Both the position numbers and the translations under genes were made by a program. The notes under the pieces are model-generated. The model saw nothing but the letters and a program-made list of their open reading frames with translations. It was not told the DNA's origin and did no database searches. A stretch of DNA of 63,973 nucleotides, counting the filler. It is 7 parts of 7 records of this genome, joined end to end, with 100 filler letters (N's around TTAATTAATTAA, not from the genome) between each part and the next. Parts side by side here need not be neighbours in the genome. Positions count along the whole stretch, not along the records: positions 1 to 11,670 come from DRR723986_11289; positions 11,771 to 29,854 come from DRR723986_11294; 5 more parts are not named here. One strand, written 5' to 3'. Below are positions 9,156-20,213 of this stretch, piece after piece (position 1 is the first letter of the stretch; each line of letters opens with the position of its first letter).

Positions 9156-10691
9156 ATGTTGACGAAATTTGGGGAAATACTGCTGAAAACGGCAATGATT
9201 GTCTTTTTGTCCTGGCTGGCTACGCCTGCCCAGGCCGAGCAGGCATCCCTGTCCTATGATCAGTTCTTTCTGCGTCACAGCGCAACCATGATGCTGATCG
9301 ATCCGGATACCGGAAGCATTCTTGATGCCAACAATGCCGCGGCAGACTTCTACGGGTTCGACCGGGATACGCTGCGCCGCATGTCCATTCAGAACATCAA
9401 TCAGCTGACGGCCGAGCAGGTTGAAGCCGAACGTCAACTTGCCAAGGCTGAACACCGAAATTTCTTCATCTTCCGCCACAAGCTGGCGGATGGCTCCGTT
9501 CGGAGCGTGGAAGTTCATTCAACTCCGGTGGACTACGACGGCAGGAAGGCTTTGCTTTCCGTGGTGCACGATATTTCCGACGACCGGCAGCGGGAACAAG
9601 AACTGTGGCACTACAAGAACCGCCTGGAGGAAATGGTCGACAGCAAGAGCGCGGAACTTTCCTCTGCCTATAACGCCCGGAACCAGTGGATGCTGGGCCT
9701 GGTCGGCACGCTTGGTCTGTCGCTTGTCGTCGTCAGTTTTCTGCTGCTTGAAAGACACACCGCGCACAAGCGGTTGCGATCTTCGGAGCAGCGTTTGCGA
9801 GAGATCATCTTCGGCACCAACGTCGGGACCTGGGAATGCAACGTTCAGACCGGGGAGGTGGTCTACAACGAACGCTGGGCTGAAATTCTCGGCTATTCGC
9901 TGACCGAGTTGCAGCCGCTCAGCCGACAGACCTGGTACCGGTTGACCCATCCGGACGATGTGGAAAAATCTGAGCAGAAGCTGGCAGAGGTGTTTTCCGG
10001 AGCAAGGGAAGCCTACGACAACGAAATTCGCATGCGCCACAAGGAGGGCAGGTGGGTCTGGGTTCTCGACAGGGGACGTGTGGTCGAATGGACGAAAGAC
10101 GGCAAGCCTTTGCGCATGTCCGGCACCCATTCGGATATTACCCGTCTGAAGAAGACGGAAGAAGCTGTCAGGCGGCTAGCGATGACCGATCATCTGACAG
10201 GCCTTTCGAACCGGGCACATTTCAGCCAGAGCCTTGCGGAAAATGTTGCCATTGCAGACCGGGATAACCGCAAGTTTGCGCTGATGATGCTGGACCTTGA
10301 TACCTTCAAGCCGGTCAACGACAGCCACGGGCATCCGGTGGGTGACGCGCTGCTCCAGGCCGTTGCCTCCACCATCAAGCGCTGCACGCGCGAAGGGGAT
10401 GTCGTGACCCGGGTCGGCGGGGATGAGTTTGCCGTGATCATCGGCGATTATGCGGAAGAGAAGGATGTTCTGGCCTGTGCCACCCGCATCTACCGGGAGG
10501 TCTCGCGGCCGATGGAAATCAAGGGCAAGGATATCAACATCAGCATCAGCATCGGGGTGTCGTTCTATCCCGATGATGCAGATGATGCCAAATCGTTGAT
10601 CACCCACGCGGACCAGGCCATGTATGAAGCCAAGAAGAGCGGGGCAAACGTCCTGACGTATGAAGCCTACAGGATGCGGGTGGCGAGCTAG
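9156..10691 (+). CDS. PAS-TM-PAS/PAC diguanylate cyclase
   Basis: Intact GGDEF (RVGGDEF), I-site REGD, DLDTFKPVND, two PAS-like repeats, signal peptide plus one TM. Confidence 0.92.
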   Translation: MLTKFGEILLKTAMIVFLSWLATPAQAEQASLSYDQFFLRHSATMMLIDPDTGSILDANNAAADFYGFDRDTLRRMSIQNINQLTAEQVEAERQLAKAEHRNFFIFRHKLADGSVRSVEVHSTPVDYDGRKALLSVVHDISDDRQREQELWHYKNRLEEMVDSKSAELSSAYNARNQWMLGLVGTLGLSLVVVSFLLLERHTAHKRLRSSEQRLREIIFGTNVGTWECNVQTGEVVYNERWAEILGYSLTELQPLSRQTWYRLTHPDDVEKSEQKLAEVFSGAREAYDNEIRMRHKEGRWVWVLDRGRVVEWTKDGKPLRMSGTHSDITRLKKTEEAVRRLAMTDHLTGLSNRAHFSQSLAENVAIADRDNRKFALMMLDLDTFKPVNDSHGHPVGDALLQAVASTIKRCTREGDVVTRVGGDEFAVIIGDYAEEKDVLACATRIYREVSRPMEIKGKDINISISIGVSFYPDDADDAKSLITHADQAMYEAKKSGANVLTYEAYRMRVAS

Positions 10692-10751
10692 CTGCGGTGA
10701 AAGTGAACGACATTCCTTTGGCCTGCCTTCTCGCTCAGCCCTGCTCCTTGT

Positions 10752-11670
10752 CTAGACCCAGCGTGCAAGTTCCTCTTCGTAGGGCGAGATATCGCCGAAC
10801 TTCGCCGTGACCCAGTCCGGATTGTAGTAGGTATCGAGATAGCGCTGACCGCTGTCGCACATCAGCGTGACGATCGAGCCTGTCTCGCCTTTGTCGATCA
10901 TCCGGCCGGCGATTTGCAGCGCGCCCCACAGATTTGTGCCGGTGGAAGCGCCCGCCTTACGGCCGATCAGTTTCTCCAGCCACAGGATCGTTGCAATGCT
11001 TGCGGCATCGGGCACCTTGATCATGTCGTCGATGACGTCCGGCAGAAACGAGTGTTCCACCTTTGGCCGGCCAATGCCTTCTATCCGGCTTGAGCAGTTT
11101 TCCGTGAGAGCGTGGTTCCCGGTACGATAGGCATCATAGAAGACCGAGTTTTCCGGATCGACCACGGTCAGGCCGGTGTCGTAGCCCCGGTAGCGGATAA
11201 ACCGGCCAAGCGTTGCGGACGTGCCACCCGTGCCGGCGCTCATCACCAGCATCTTCGGCACAGGATGTGGCTCGAATTCCATCTGGCTGAAGATGCTTTC
11301 GGCAATGTTGTTGTTCCCGCGCCAGTCGGTTGCTCGCTCCGCATAGGTGAACTGGTCCATGAAATGCCCGCCGAGCTGTTCGGCAAGGTCCACCGCCGCG
11401 CCGTGCATCTCGGGCGCTGATCCGACGAAATGCGGTTCACCGCCGTAGAGCCGGATTTGCTCGATCTTGCTGTGGGCGGTGCTTTGCGGCACCACGGCAA
11501 TGAATGGAACGCCGATCATTTGCGCAAAGTAGGCTTCCGAAACGGCCGTGCTGCCCGACGAGGCTTCGATCACCGGTGTGCCTTCGCGGATCCTGCCGTT
11601 GCACAGCGCATATAGAAACAGCGACCTGGCGAGACGGTGCTTCAGGCTGCCGGTCGGGTGGGTGCTTTCA
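10752..11670 (-). CDS. PLP-dependent cysteine synthase family, Cds1-like L-cysteine desulfhydrase (5' truncated)
   Basis: Frame extends to the contig end with [18 protein letters not shown] (PLP Lys); ASSGST, GTGGT and IEGIG motifs. Confidence 0.8.
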
Positions 11671-11770
11671 NNNNNNNNNNNNNNNNNNNNNNNNNNNNNN
11701 NNNNNNNNNNNNNNTTAATTAATTAANNNNNNNNNNNNNNNNNNNNNNNNNNNNNNNNNNNNNNNNNNNN
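11671..11770. other. artificial contig linker
   Basis: N44-TTAATTAATTAA-N44, stops in all six frames. Confidence 0.99.
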
Positions 11771-12363
11771 TCTGGCTGCGGCTGAAGCTGATCGCCGATG
11801 CCGGCCTGGTCGGCCTGCCCAATGCAGGCAAGTCCACCTTCCTTGCAACGGTATCGGCTGCAAAGCCGAAAATTGCCGACTATCCGTTCACGACAATTCA
11901 CCCCAATCTTGGCATCGTGCAGATCGACGGTCGCAGCTTTGCCATGGCCGATATTCCCGGCTTGATCGAGGGGGCGCACGAAGGCACGGGTCTTGGCGAC
12001 CGCTTTCTTGGGCACGTCGAACGCACCCGCGTTCTGCTTCATCTGGTCGACGGCTCCGGTCAGGAAGACCCGGGCGAAGCCTATCGGATCGTGCGCGGCG
12101 AGTTGGATGCCTATGGCGCCGGGCTTACGGAGAAACCCGAGATCGTGGCGCTCAGCAAGTGCGACGCTCTCAATGAAGACCTGATTGCCGAAAAGGCTGC
12201 GAGCCTTGAGGAAGCCTGTGGTCAGAAACCGCTGATCCTGTCCTCGGCCAGCGGCCTCAATGTCGACCGGGCGCTGCGCATGATCGTGCGCGCGATTGAC
12301 AGGGACAAGGAAGAAGAAGCTAACCAGGTGCCTGCACCCGAACAAGAGGGCTGGCATCCCTGA
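11771..12363 (+). CDS. obgE: GTPase Obg/CgtA (5' truncated)
   Basis: [37 protein letters not shown] and LSKCD G-motifs. Confidence 0.95.
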
Positions 12364-13487
12364 TGTCCCGCAGTCTGAGAGACTTCAGCCGCATCGTCGT
12401 CAAGATCGGCTCCGCCCTGCTTGTCGAGCAGGGCGAACTCAAGCGTAGCTGGCTCAACGCGCTGATCGCCGATGTGGTCAAGCTGTCCGAGGCCGGTGCG
12501 GAGGTGCTGCTTGTCTCCTCCGGATCGATTGCGCTTGGCCGCGGTATTCTCGGGCTGCCGGGTGGACCGCTGAAGCTGGAGGAAAGCCAGGCAGCGGCCG
12601 CAGCCGGTCAGATCTCTCTGGCCCAGGCCTATGCGGATGCCCTCGGCGCGCATGGCAAGAAGGCTGGTCAGATCCTGCTCACCCTTGGCGACACGGAAGA
12701 AAGGCGGCGCTATCTCAATGCGCGCGCCACTATCGGCACTCTGTTGAAGCTTGGTGCGGTACCGATCATCAACGAAAATGATTCCGTGGCGACTTCCGAA
12801 ATTCGTTATGGCGACAACGACCGGCTGGCAGCGCGTGTTGCCACCATGGCCAGTGCCGACTGCCTTGTGCTTTTGTCGGATATTGACGGGCTTTACACCG
12901 CACCTCCCCAGCAGAACCCCGATGCAGTGTTTCTGCCGGAAGTGCCGCGCATTACCCATGAAATCGAATCCATGGCCGGAAGCGCCGGGTCGGAGCTTTC
13001 GCGCGGCGGCATGAAGACGAAAATCGATGCCGGCAAGATTGCGACCGCGGCCGGAACGTCGATGGTGATCACCTCCGGCAAGGAACTCAACCCGCTTCAG
13101 CGGCTGGATCAGGGCGCCCGCGGCACCTGGTTCCCGGCGCTCAGTTCACCTGCCAGTGCCCGCAAGGCCTGGATTGGCGGCCATCTGGAGCCGCGCGGCG
13201 AAATCCGGCTGGATGCAGGCGCGGTCAAGGCGATGACGTCCGGCAAGAGCCTCCTGCCTGCCGGAGTGACATCTGTATCGGGAAGTTTTTCGCGCGGCGA
13301 CGCCGTGACATTGCTCAACCCGGAAGGCCGGATCATCGGCCGGGGACTGATTGCATATGACGCGGACGAGGCGCAGTTGATTGCAGGCCGCAACAGCCGC
13401 GAGATTGAAGCCATCGTCGGCTATCCGGGCCGGGCGGAAATGATCCACCGGGACGATCTGGTTCTGGAACTGCCCGCGCTCGAGTGA
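12363..13487 (+). CDS. proB: glutamate 5-kinase
   Basis: [30 protein letters not shown] and C-terminal PUA domain. Confidence 0.97.
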   Translation: MSRSLRDFSRIVVKIGSALLVEQGELKRSWLNALIADVVKLSEAGAEVLLVSSGSIALGRGILGLPGGPLKLEESQAAAAAGQISLAQAYADALGAHGKKAGQILLTLGDTEERRRYLNARATIGTLLKLGAVPIINENDSVATSEIRYGDNDRLAARVATMASADCLVLLSDIDGLYTAPPQQNPDAVFLPEVPRITHEIESMAGSAGSELSRGGMKTKIDAGKIATAAGTSMVITSGKELNPLQRLDQGARGTWFPALSSPASARKAWIGGHLEPRGEIRLDAGAVKAMTSGKSLLPAGVTSVSGSFSRGDAVTLLNPEGRIIGRGLIAYDADEAQLIAGRNSREIEAIVGYPGRAEMIHRDDLVLELPALE

Positions 13488-13582
13488 GTGTGAGCGAACT
13501 GATGGATGCCTTTTGAGGCGGAACGCGCTAAAACGCGGAAAGACTGGCGGCGGTGAGCGCCGCAAAACGGGAGCAAGTGAGT

Positions 13583-14863
13583 ATGCTGGAAGTAGTCGAG
13601 GCAAAGACGACCGAGGACTTGATGGCAGAGATCGGGCAGCGCGCCCGTGCTGCCGGCCGGATCCTTGCCATCGCTCCAGCAGACCAGAAGAACAAGGCCC
13701 TGGCCGAAATGGCAGCCGCCGTTCGAGCTGCAACACCGGATATTCTTGCGGGCAACCGTCTCGATCTCGAAGCGATGAAGGCAGGCGGCCAGACGGCAGC
13801 GTTCCTGGACCGTGGCACGCTTACGGAAGAGCGGATCGAGGCGATTGCCAAAGCCCTTGAGGACATTGTCGCGCTGGACGATCCCGTCGGCAGCGTGATC
13901 GCCGTCTGGGATCGGCCGAACGGCCTGAAGATCGAACGTGTGCGCACGCCCCTGGGTGTTATCGGTGTCATTTACGAAAGCCGCCCGAACGTGACCTCGG
14001 ATGCAGGCGCGCTGTGCCTGAAAGCCGGCAACGCCGTTGTTCTGCGTGGCGGCTCCGACACCATCAATTCCAACCGGGCGATCCATGCGGCCCTGCAGAA
14101 AGGCCTCGTCGCCGCCGGTCTGCCGGAAGATGCGATCCAGATCGTTCCGGTAACCGACAGGGCCGCTGTTGGCGAAATGCTGCGCGGCCTTCAAGGCAAC
14201 CTCGATGTCATCGTTCCGCGTGGTGGCCGCAGCCTTGTCGAGCGTGTGCAGACCGAAGCTCGCGTGCCGGTCTTTGCCCATCTGGAAGGCCTGGTGCATA
14301 TCTTCGTCGACAAGGCGGCAGATCTTGAGAAATCCGTCGAAGTGATCGTCAATTCCAAGCTGCGCCGGACCGGCATCTGCGGTGCGCTGGAAACATTGCT
14401 GGTGCATGAAGACGTGGCCCACAGCCACTTGCCGGTTATCGTGAAGGCACTTCAGGAAAAGGGCTGCGAGATCCGGGGCGGTGCGATTGTGCGCGACATC
14501 TGCGAAAACATCGTGCCGGCAAGCGAGGACGACTGGTCGACGGAGTATCTGGACAAGATCCTTTCAGTGAAGGTGGTCGCGGATCTCGACGCTGCCATGG
14601 AGCATATCGCGCGCTACGGTTCCAACCATACCGATTGCATCCTGACCGAAGATCAGGCGACTGCCGACCGGTTCCAGCGGGAAGTGGATTCAGCCATCGT
14701 GCTGCACAATGCTTCAACCCAGTTTGCCGATGGTGGCGAATTCGGCATGGGCGCGGAGATCGGCATTGCCACTGGTCGCATGCATGCACGCGGACCAGTG
14801 GGCGTGGAGCAGCTGACCAGCTTCAAGTACAAGGTGCATGGCACCGGCCAGACCCGCCCGTAA
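13583..14863 (+). CDS. proA: glutamate-5-semialdehyde dehydrogenase
   Basis: [23 protein letters not shown] and [28 protein letters not shown]. Confidence 0.97.
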   Translation: MLEVVEAKTTEDLMAEIGQRARAAGRILAIAPADQKNKALAEMAAAVRAATPDILAGNRLDLEAMKAGGQTAAFLDRGTLTEERIEAIAKALEDIVALDDPVGSVIAVWDRPNGLKIERVRTPLGVIGVIYESRPNVTSDAGALCLKAGNAVVLRGGSDTINSNRAIHAALQKGLVAAGLPEDAIQIVPVTDRAAVGEMLRGLQGNLDVIVPRGGRSLVERVQTEARVPVFAHLEGLVHIFVDKAADLEKSVEVIVNSKLRRTGICGALETLLVHEDVAHSHLPVIVKALQEKGCEIRGGAIVRDICENIVPASEDDWSTEYLDKILSVKVVADLDAAMEHIARYGSNHTDCILTEDQATADRFQREVDSAIVLHNASTQFADGGEFGMGAEIGIATGRMHARGPVGVEQLTSFKYKVHGTGQTRP

Positions 14864-14886
14864 TGACCAATCGTGAGTTCGCCTGA

Positions 14887-15522
14887 ATGAGCCCCTTGAG
14901 TCTTGGCGCGGGACTGGACCGTGACTGGATGAAACTGCCCCATGCCGAGCCGGGCAACCGCATCGGCATTTTCGGCGGATCCTTCAATCCTCCTCATTCA
15001 GGTCACCGGCTGGTGGCTTCGACCGTGTTGAAGCGGCTGGGGCTGGATCAGGTCTGGTGGCTGGTGACACCTGGCAACCCGCTCAAGAGCCACGCGGACC
15101 TGGCGCCGCTGGAGCGGCGGCTGCGACTGACGGCGGACCTTGCCGACCATCCACGCATGAAGGTCACCGCCTTCGAGCAGGTTCTGGGAACACCCTATAC
15201 GGCCAGAACGCTGGTTGCCCTGCGCCAAATGCGTCCATCTGTCCGATTCGTTTGGGTCATGGGGGCTGACAATTTAGCCGGCTTCCATCGCTGGCAGGAT
15301 TGGCGCGACATCGTCGGCTCGGTGCCGATCGCCATTGTCGACCGGCCGGGAGCCTCTTTGTCAGTGATGTCGTCTCCCATGGCAAAAGCCTATGAAAAAT
15401 ATAGGCTTCCTGAAGAAGACGCGGCACTTCTGCCGGAAATGGAGGCGCCGATCTGGACTTTTCTGCACACGCCATTGGACCGGACATCGTCCACCGATCT
15501 GCGCCTTGGGCAAAAGCGGTAA
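14887..15522 (+). CDS. nadD: nicotinate-nucleotide adenylyltransferase
   Basis: GGSFNPPHSGH, WVMGADN and SSTDLR motifs; canonical synteny. Confidence 0.95.
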   Translation: MSPLSLGAGLDRDWMKLPHAEPGNRIGIFGGSFNPPHSGHRLVASTVLKRLGLDQVWWLVTPGNPLKSHADLAPLERRLRLTADLADHPRMKVTAFEQVLGTPYTARTLVALRQMRPSVRFVWVMGADNLAGFHRWQDWRDIVGSVPIAIVDRPGASLSVMSSPMAKAYEKYRLPEEDAALLPEMEAPIWTFLHTPLDRTSSTDLRLGQKR

Positions 15523-15719
15523 ACAGCAGATTTGCCAAGAATTCCCGCGTGTCTTGAAAATGCCAAACGGGAAGCGGTATTATAGGGACGGTCGCGATGA
15601 GCGCGGCCGAGGTACGGTCAACCGGTCCTGCATCCAAAACGGGTGACGTACGAAGTCGGACGTTTCAGTTCGTGACGACGTTGGGCGCGGGACGGCATAA
15701 ACGGCGAAAGGCACAACAT

Positions 15720-16136
15720 CTGACCATGACCTTTGAAAGTGGGCGGACAGACATGTCCTCTCCTCTGCAGGCTTCCGTAGGTAAAGAACTTGCGGCAGAC
15801 CTCCTCGATACGGTCCTCACCAGTCTTGACGACTCCAAAGCTGAGGACGCTGTTACCCTCGACATCGCAGGCAAGAGTTCACTGGCCGATTACATGGTAA
15901 TCGTGTCCGGTCGTTCCCATCGTCACGTGGGCGCGATTGCCGAGCACTTGCTGAAAGACCTCAAATCGGCCGGCGCCGGATCGGCAACGGTTGAGGGTCT
16001 GAACATTTGCGATTGGGTGCTGATCGATGCGGGTGATGTGATCGTACACATCTTCCGTCCGGAGGTTCGCGGCTTCTACAATCTTGAGAAGATGTGGGCA
16101 CCGGAAGAGGATGCGGCACCGCATTACATCGGCTGA
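15720..16136 (+). CDS. rsfS: ribosome silencing factor (start uncertain: CTG 15720, ATG 15726 or ATG 15753)
   Basis: SLDDSKAED, ADYMVIVSGRS and DWVLIDAGDVIVHIFRPEVRGFYNLEKMW. Confidence 0.95.
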   Translation: MTMTFESGRTDMSSPLQASVGKELAADLLDTVLTSLDDSKAEDAVTLDIAGKSSLADYMVIVSGRSHRHVGAIAEHLLKDLKSAGAGSATVEGLNICDWVLIDAGDVIVHIFRPEVRGFYNLEKMWAPEEDAAPHYIG

Positions 16137-16216
16137 GCCGGCATTGAGGCCCTGAGGCAGGGCCTCCGTCTGCTGCCGGGCAGATTTATCACCGGATCGA
16201 TCTCCGGCAGGGACTT

Positions 16217-16699
16217 ATGCGCTTTACGCTCTTCTGCATTGGCAAAATGAAAGCCGGTGCGGACAAAGAACTTTTCGACCGATATATCGACCGCGCCCGC
16301 AAGACAGGCCGCGGTCTCGGTGTTACCGAAGTCATCCTCAACGAAATGCCGGAAAGCCGTGCACAGCGCGCCGATGACCGCAAGGCGGAAGAAGCGCGGG
16401 GAATTCTTGCCGCGCTCAACGCCGGGGCGCGGCTGGTGGTGCTGGACGAGAACGGCAAGAACCTGACCAGCCCGGCCTTCAGCCAGAAACTGGAAGCCTG
16501 GAAGGATGAAGGTGTTCCCGACGTGGTCTTTGCCATTGGCGGAGCGGATGGTCACGGCCAGGAAGTTCTGAGCCGCGCCGACCTTAAACTCGCTCTTGGT
16601 GCCATGACCTGGCCGCATCAGATCGCCCGCATTCTTTTGGCGGAGCAGGTCTACCGTGCCATGACGATCCAGTCCGGTCACCCTTATCACCGTGTGTGA
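16217..16699 (+). CDS. rlmH: 23S rRNA m3Psi1915 methyltransferase
   Basis: LDENGK, FAIGGADG, MTWPHQIARILLAEQVYRA and GHPYHR. Confidence 0.97.
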   Translation: MRFTLFCIGKMKAGADKELFDRYIDRARKTGRGLGVTEVILNEMPESRAQRADDRKAEEARGILAALNAGARLVVLDENGKNLTSPAFSQKLEAWKDEGVPDVVFAIGGADGHGQEVLSRADLKLALGAMTWPHQIARILLAEQVYRAMTIQSGHPYHRV

Positions 16700-16729
16700 G
16701 ACTTCTGAAAGAGCCCTGGGAGAGAACCG

Positions 16730-17221
16730 GTGATACCGGCACTTGAGACCGAAAGACTGATCCTGCGGCCGATGACCATGTCGGACTGGCCGGCGTACGA
16801 GGCTTTGATGGCCTCGGATCGATCCCAATATATGGGAGGCCCGCTATCGCGGTTTGCAGCCTGGGGCCTGTTCTGTCACGACATTGCGCAATGGCAGTTG
16901 ATGGGGCATGGGGCCCTGATGATGGAGGCGCGCGGCTCCGGCGAGGTCTTCGGTCAGGTCGGTATCAATCATGGCCCGCTTTTTCCGGAACATGAACTCG
17001 GCTGGTTCGTCTATGAGCATGCGGAGGGAAGGGGCTATGCTTTCGAGGCGGCCGGGGCCTTTCGTGACTGGGCACGGCAGGAGCGCCGTCTACCGTCGCT
17101 CGTCAGTTATATGGATCAGGAAAACACCCGCTCGGCGCGCCTTGCCGAACGGCTTGGAGCGCATCTCGATGTCGATGCTGCGCGCCCGGACCCCAAGGAT
17201 ATTGTCTACAGACATTACTGA
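16730..17221 (+). CDS. RimJ/RimL-type GNAT acetyltransferase
   Basis: LETERLILRP, ELGW, GRGYAFEA and NTRSARLAERLG. Confidence 0.88.
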   Translation: MIPALETERLILRPMTMSDWPAYEALMASDRSQYMGGPLSRFAAWGLFCHDIAQWQLMGHGALMMEARGSGEVFGQVGINHGPLFPEHELGWFVYEHAEGRGYAFEAAGAFRDWARQERRLPSLVSYMDQENTRSARLAERLGAHLDVDAARPDPKDIVYRHY

Positions 17222-17422
17222 TCGTGAAGGACAGGAGATGGGGTTTCCGCCGGAAAACCTGTTGTCGTAACGGCACTATGACCAAAAATTAACGATTGAA
17301 ACGGCGGAAAAAGGCGAGAATGCCTGTATCTCGCCGCATTCGCCACGTAACGGTCATCGATCAGACAGAAGAGGGAATGCGATCCTCGGTGGGAGCAGAA
17401 GTTAATTGACCGGTCACTAGGG

Positions 17423-17438
17423 TAAACGGTTCGTTAAC
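17423..17438. promoter_or_regulatory. candidate CtrA box
   Basis: TAAA-CGGTTCG-TTAAC, one mismatch to TTAA-N7-TTAA, upstream of envC. Confidence 0.4.
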
Positions 17439-17487
17439 GCAGACTGTGTATCGCATTGGAAGATAACCCTTTGGGAGCTTAGGCAGG

Positions 17488-18882
17488 TTGATAGCGGATC
17501 GCATGACAGCGGCGCGTTCGGAACTCGAGAGACGGAAGAAATTCCGCCCGCTCTTGAGTGGCCTGACTGCGGCCTTGCTCGTTCTGCCCCTGCCAGCCGG
17601 ATCGACGGAAAGTGTCGACGAGACCACCACCCAGGAACAGGCGGCTCCGCCTGCTGAGGTGACTGCTGCACTGGAACGCAAGAAACAACGCGAAGAGGAA
17701 CTTGCCGCGCTGTCGCGCGATATCGAGGTATCGACGGACCGGCAGGCGACCATCGCACGCGAAATCCGCGCACTTGATCGCGACCGGGACACGTTGAATG
17801 CCAAGATCATCAGCACGTCCGACACGATCAAGGGCCTGGAAGGCGAACTGACCGATACCGAGCGGCGGCTGCGCGCGCTGGGGGAGAATGAGGACGCGGT
17901 GCGCTTGTCGCTGATTGCTCGCCGTGACGTGCTGGCAGAAGTTCTGGCTGCCCTGCAGCGAATCGGGCGCCGTCCGCCACCGGCGCTTGCCGTGCGCCCG
18001 AGCGACGCGCTGTCGGCTGTGCGCAGTGCGATTCTCCTGAACGCGGTCATGCCGGAGCTGAAGGTGGAAACCGAGGCACTGGCAGCAGATCTTGAGGAAT
18101 TGCACCGTCTGAAGACGGTGATTGCTGAGGAAAAAAACCGCCTGCGCGGCGACGCGATGCGATTGGCTGAGGAAAAGTCCCGGCTGGAGCTTCTTCTGAG
18201 CGCGAAAAGGCAGGAACATCAAAGATCGGTACATGACCTTCAGGAAGAGAAGGAGCGTGCAGCGGAACTTGCGGACAAGGCGGGATCTCTCCAAGAATTG
18301 ATCGCGACCCTGGAAGTGGAAATCGAGAGTGCCCGGGAGGCGGCGGAAAAGTCGCGTCAGGCAGCACTCGAGGCCAGGAAAAATCCGTCGCGCTCGTATG
18401 ATCCCTTTGCGGATCCTGGGCGTCTGGCACCGGCCATTTCGTTCCAGGAAGCCAAGGGCAAGCTGCCTCAGCCTGTTGCCGGTACGCTTTTGAAGGACTA
18501 TGGCCAGGAAGACGATTTCGGCGGTGTGACGGAGGGTCAATCTATCGCCACACGGCCTGGGTCCAATATTACGTCACCTGCCGACGGATGGGTGGTCTAC
18601 TCCGGACCGTTTCGTTCGTTCGGACAGCTCTTGATCCTGAATACCGGCGACGGCTACCATGTGTTGCTGGCCGGAATGGACCGGATCGATGCGGAGTTGG
18701 GGCAATTTGTTTTGACCGGGGAACCGGTCGGAGTGATGGGCGCAACCCAGTGGGCAAGCGCTTCGACGTTCGGTTTGGGCTCGACCCAGCCGATCCTTTA
18801 TGTTGAATTCCGGAAAGACGGTCGTGCGATCGATCCCACACCTTGGTGGGCACGCACTGAAGAAGAAAAGGCTCGCGGATGA
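17488..18882 (+). CDS. envC: murein hydrolase activator EnvC family (coiled coil plus degenerate M23)
   Basis: Signal-like hydrophobic segment, long coiled coil, LytM domain (SPADGWVVYSG...LYVEFRKDG) lacking HxxxD. Confidence 0.85.
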   Translation: MIADRMTAARSELERRKKFRPLLSGLTAALLVLPLPAGSTESVDETTTQEQAAPPAEVTAALERKKQREEELAALSRDIEVSTDRQATIAREIRALDRDRDTLNAKIISTSDTIKGLEGELTDTERRLRALGENEDAVRLSLIARRDVLAEVLAALQRIGRRPPPALAVRPSDALSAVRSAILLNAVMPELKVETEALAADLEELHRLKTVIAEEKNRLRGDAMRLAEEKSRLELLLSAKRQEHQRSVHDLQEEKERAAELADKAGSLQELIATLEVEIESAREAAEKSRQAALEARKNPSRSYDPFADPGRLAPAISFQEAKGKLPQPVAGTLLKDYGQEDDFGGVTEGQSIATRPGSNITSPADGWVVYSGPFRSFGQLLILNTGDGYHVLLAGMDRIDAELGQFVLTGEPVGVMGATQWASASTFGLGSTQPILYVEFRKDGRAIDPTPWWARTEEEKARG

Positions 18883-20210
18883 TACGGAAAGCTTCCTTGC
18901 TGCTTGTGGGTGCTCTCATGGGAGCAGCAGCAATCACGACACTGTCCCAGATGCCGATCAATGTCTCGGTAGCGGCCAATGCGGCGGCAACGGATACGTA
19001 CCGGCAGCTTAACCTGTTTGGCGACGTGTTCGAACGCGTGCGGTCAGACTACGTGGAAGTCCCTGATGACGCCCAGCTCATCGAGAGCGCCATCAACGGC
19101 ATGTTGACCTCCCTCGACCCGCACTCCAGCTACATGTCTCCGAAGAGCTTCCGGGACATGCAGGTGCAGACCCGCGGCGAATTCGGTGGTCTCGGCATTG
19201 AAGTCACCATGGAAGAAGGCCTCGTGAAGGTCGTGTCTCCGATCGACGATACGCCCGCCGCCAAGGCCGGTGTCCTGGCAGGTGACTACATCACCTACAT
19301 CGACGGCGAACAGGTCCAGGGACTGACCCTCAACGAAGCGGTCGAAAAGATGCGCGGGCCGGTCAAGACGGACATCGTGGTCACGGTGCGCCGCAAGGGC
19401 CGCGCCGAGCCGTTCGACATCACCATCACCCGCGACATCATCCGCATTCGTTCGGTGCGCTGGCGGGAAGAGGATGACGTCGGATATGTTCGCGTCACCC
19501 AGTTCAACGAACAGACCTTCGACGGCCTGAAGGAAGGCATCGAGGAAATGACCGCGAACATCGGTGAAGACAAGCTCAAGGGCTTCGTCATCGACCTGCG
19601 CAACAACCCGGGTGGTCTGCTGGATCAGGCAATTGCCGTTTCCGACGCCTTCCTGGACCGTGGCGAGATTGTTTCGACACGTGGCCGTGAAGCCGACGAA
19701 ACCCAGCGCTACAACGCACGGGCTGGCGACCTGACAACCGGCAAGCCGGTAATCGTGCTGGTCAACGGCGGTTCCGCCTCCGCTTCGGAAATCGTTGCAG
19801 GTGCGCTGCAGGATCATCGCCGGGCAACCATCCTCGGCACACGGTCCTTCGGCAAGGGCTCGGTTCAGACGATCATCCCGCTTGGTGCCAACGGCGCCAT
19901 CCGCCTGACCACGGCTCGGTACTACACCCCGTCTGGCACATCGATCCAGGCCAAGGGCATCGTGCCGGACATTGAGTCCCTCCAGGATCTGCCGGACGAT
20001 CTGGTCGGCCGTGTCGATACCAAGGGCGAAGCCGGTCTTCGTGGCCACCTGGAAGCTTCCGAAGGTGAGGAAGAATCCGGTAGCCAGGCCTATGTGCCGT
20101 CCGATCCGAAGGACGACACTCAGCTGAACCTGGCACTCGACCTTCTGCGCGGTAATCAGGTGAACAGCGCCTTCCCGCCGGTCTCCGACAGCGCGGCTGT
20201 CAAAAACTAA
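18879..20210 (+). CDS. ctpA: S41 carboxyl-terminal processing protease
   Basis: LDPHS, PDZ GLGI, DLRNNPGG, SASASEI, SFGKGSVQ and TARYYTP. Confidence 0.95.
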   Translation: MIRKASLLLVGALMGAAAITTLSQMPINVSVAANAAATDTYRQLNLFGDVFERVRSDYVEVPDDAQLIESAINGMLTSLDPHSSYMSPKSFRDMQVQTRGEFGGLGIEVTMEEGLVKVVSPIDDTPAAKAGVLAGDYITYIDGEQVQGLTLNEAVEKMRGPVKTDIVVTVRRKGRAEPFDITITRDIIRIRSVRWREEDDVGYVRVTQFNEQTFDGLKEGIEEMTANIGEDKLKGFVIDLRNNPGGLLDQAIAVSDAFLDRGEIVSTRGREADETQRYNARAGDLTTGKPVIVLVNGGSASASEIVAGALQDHRRATILGTRSFGKGSVQTIIPLGANGAIRLTTARYYTPSGTSIQAKGIVPDIESLQDLPDDLVGRVDTKGEAGLRGHLEASEGEEESGSQAYVPSDPKDDTQLNLALDLLRGNQVNSAFPPVSDSAAVKN

Positions 20211-20213
20211 ATC

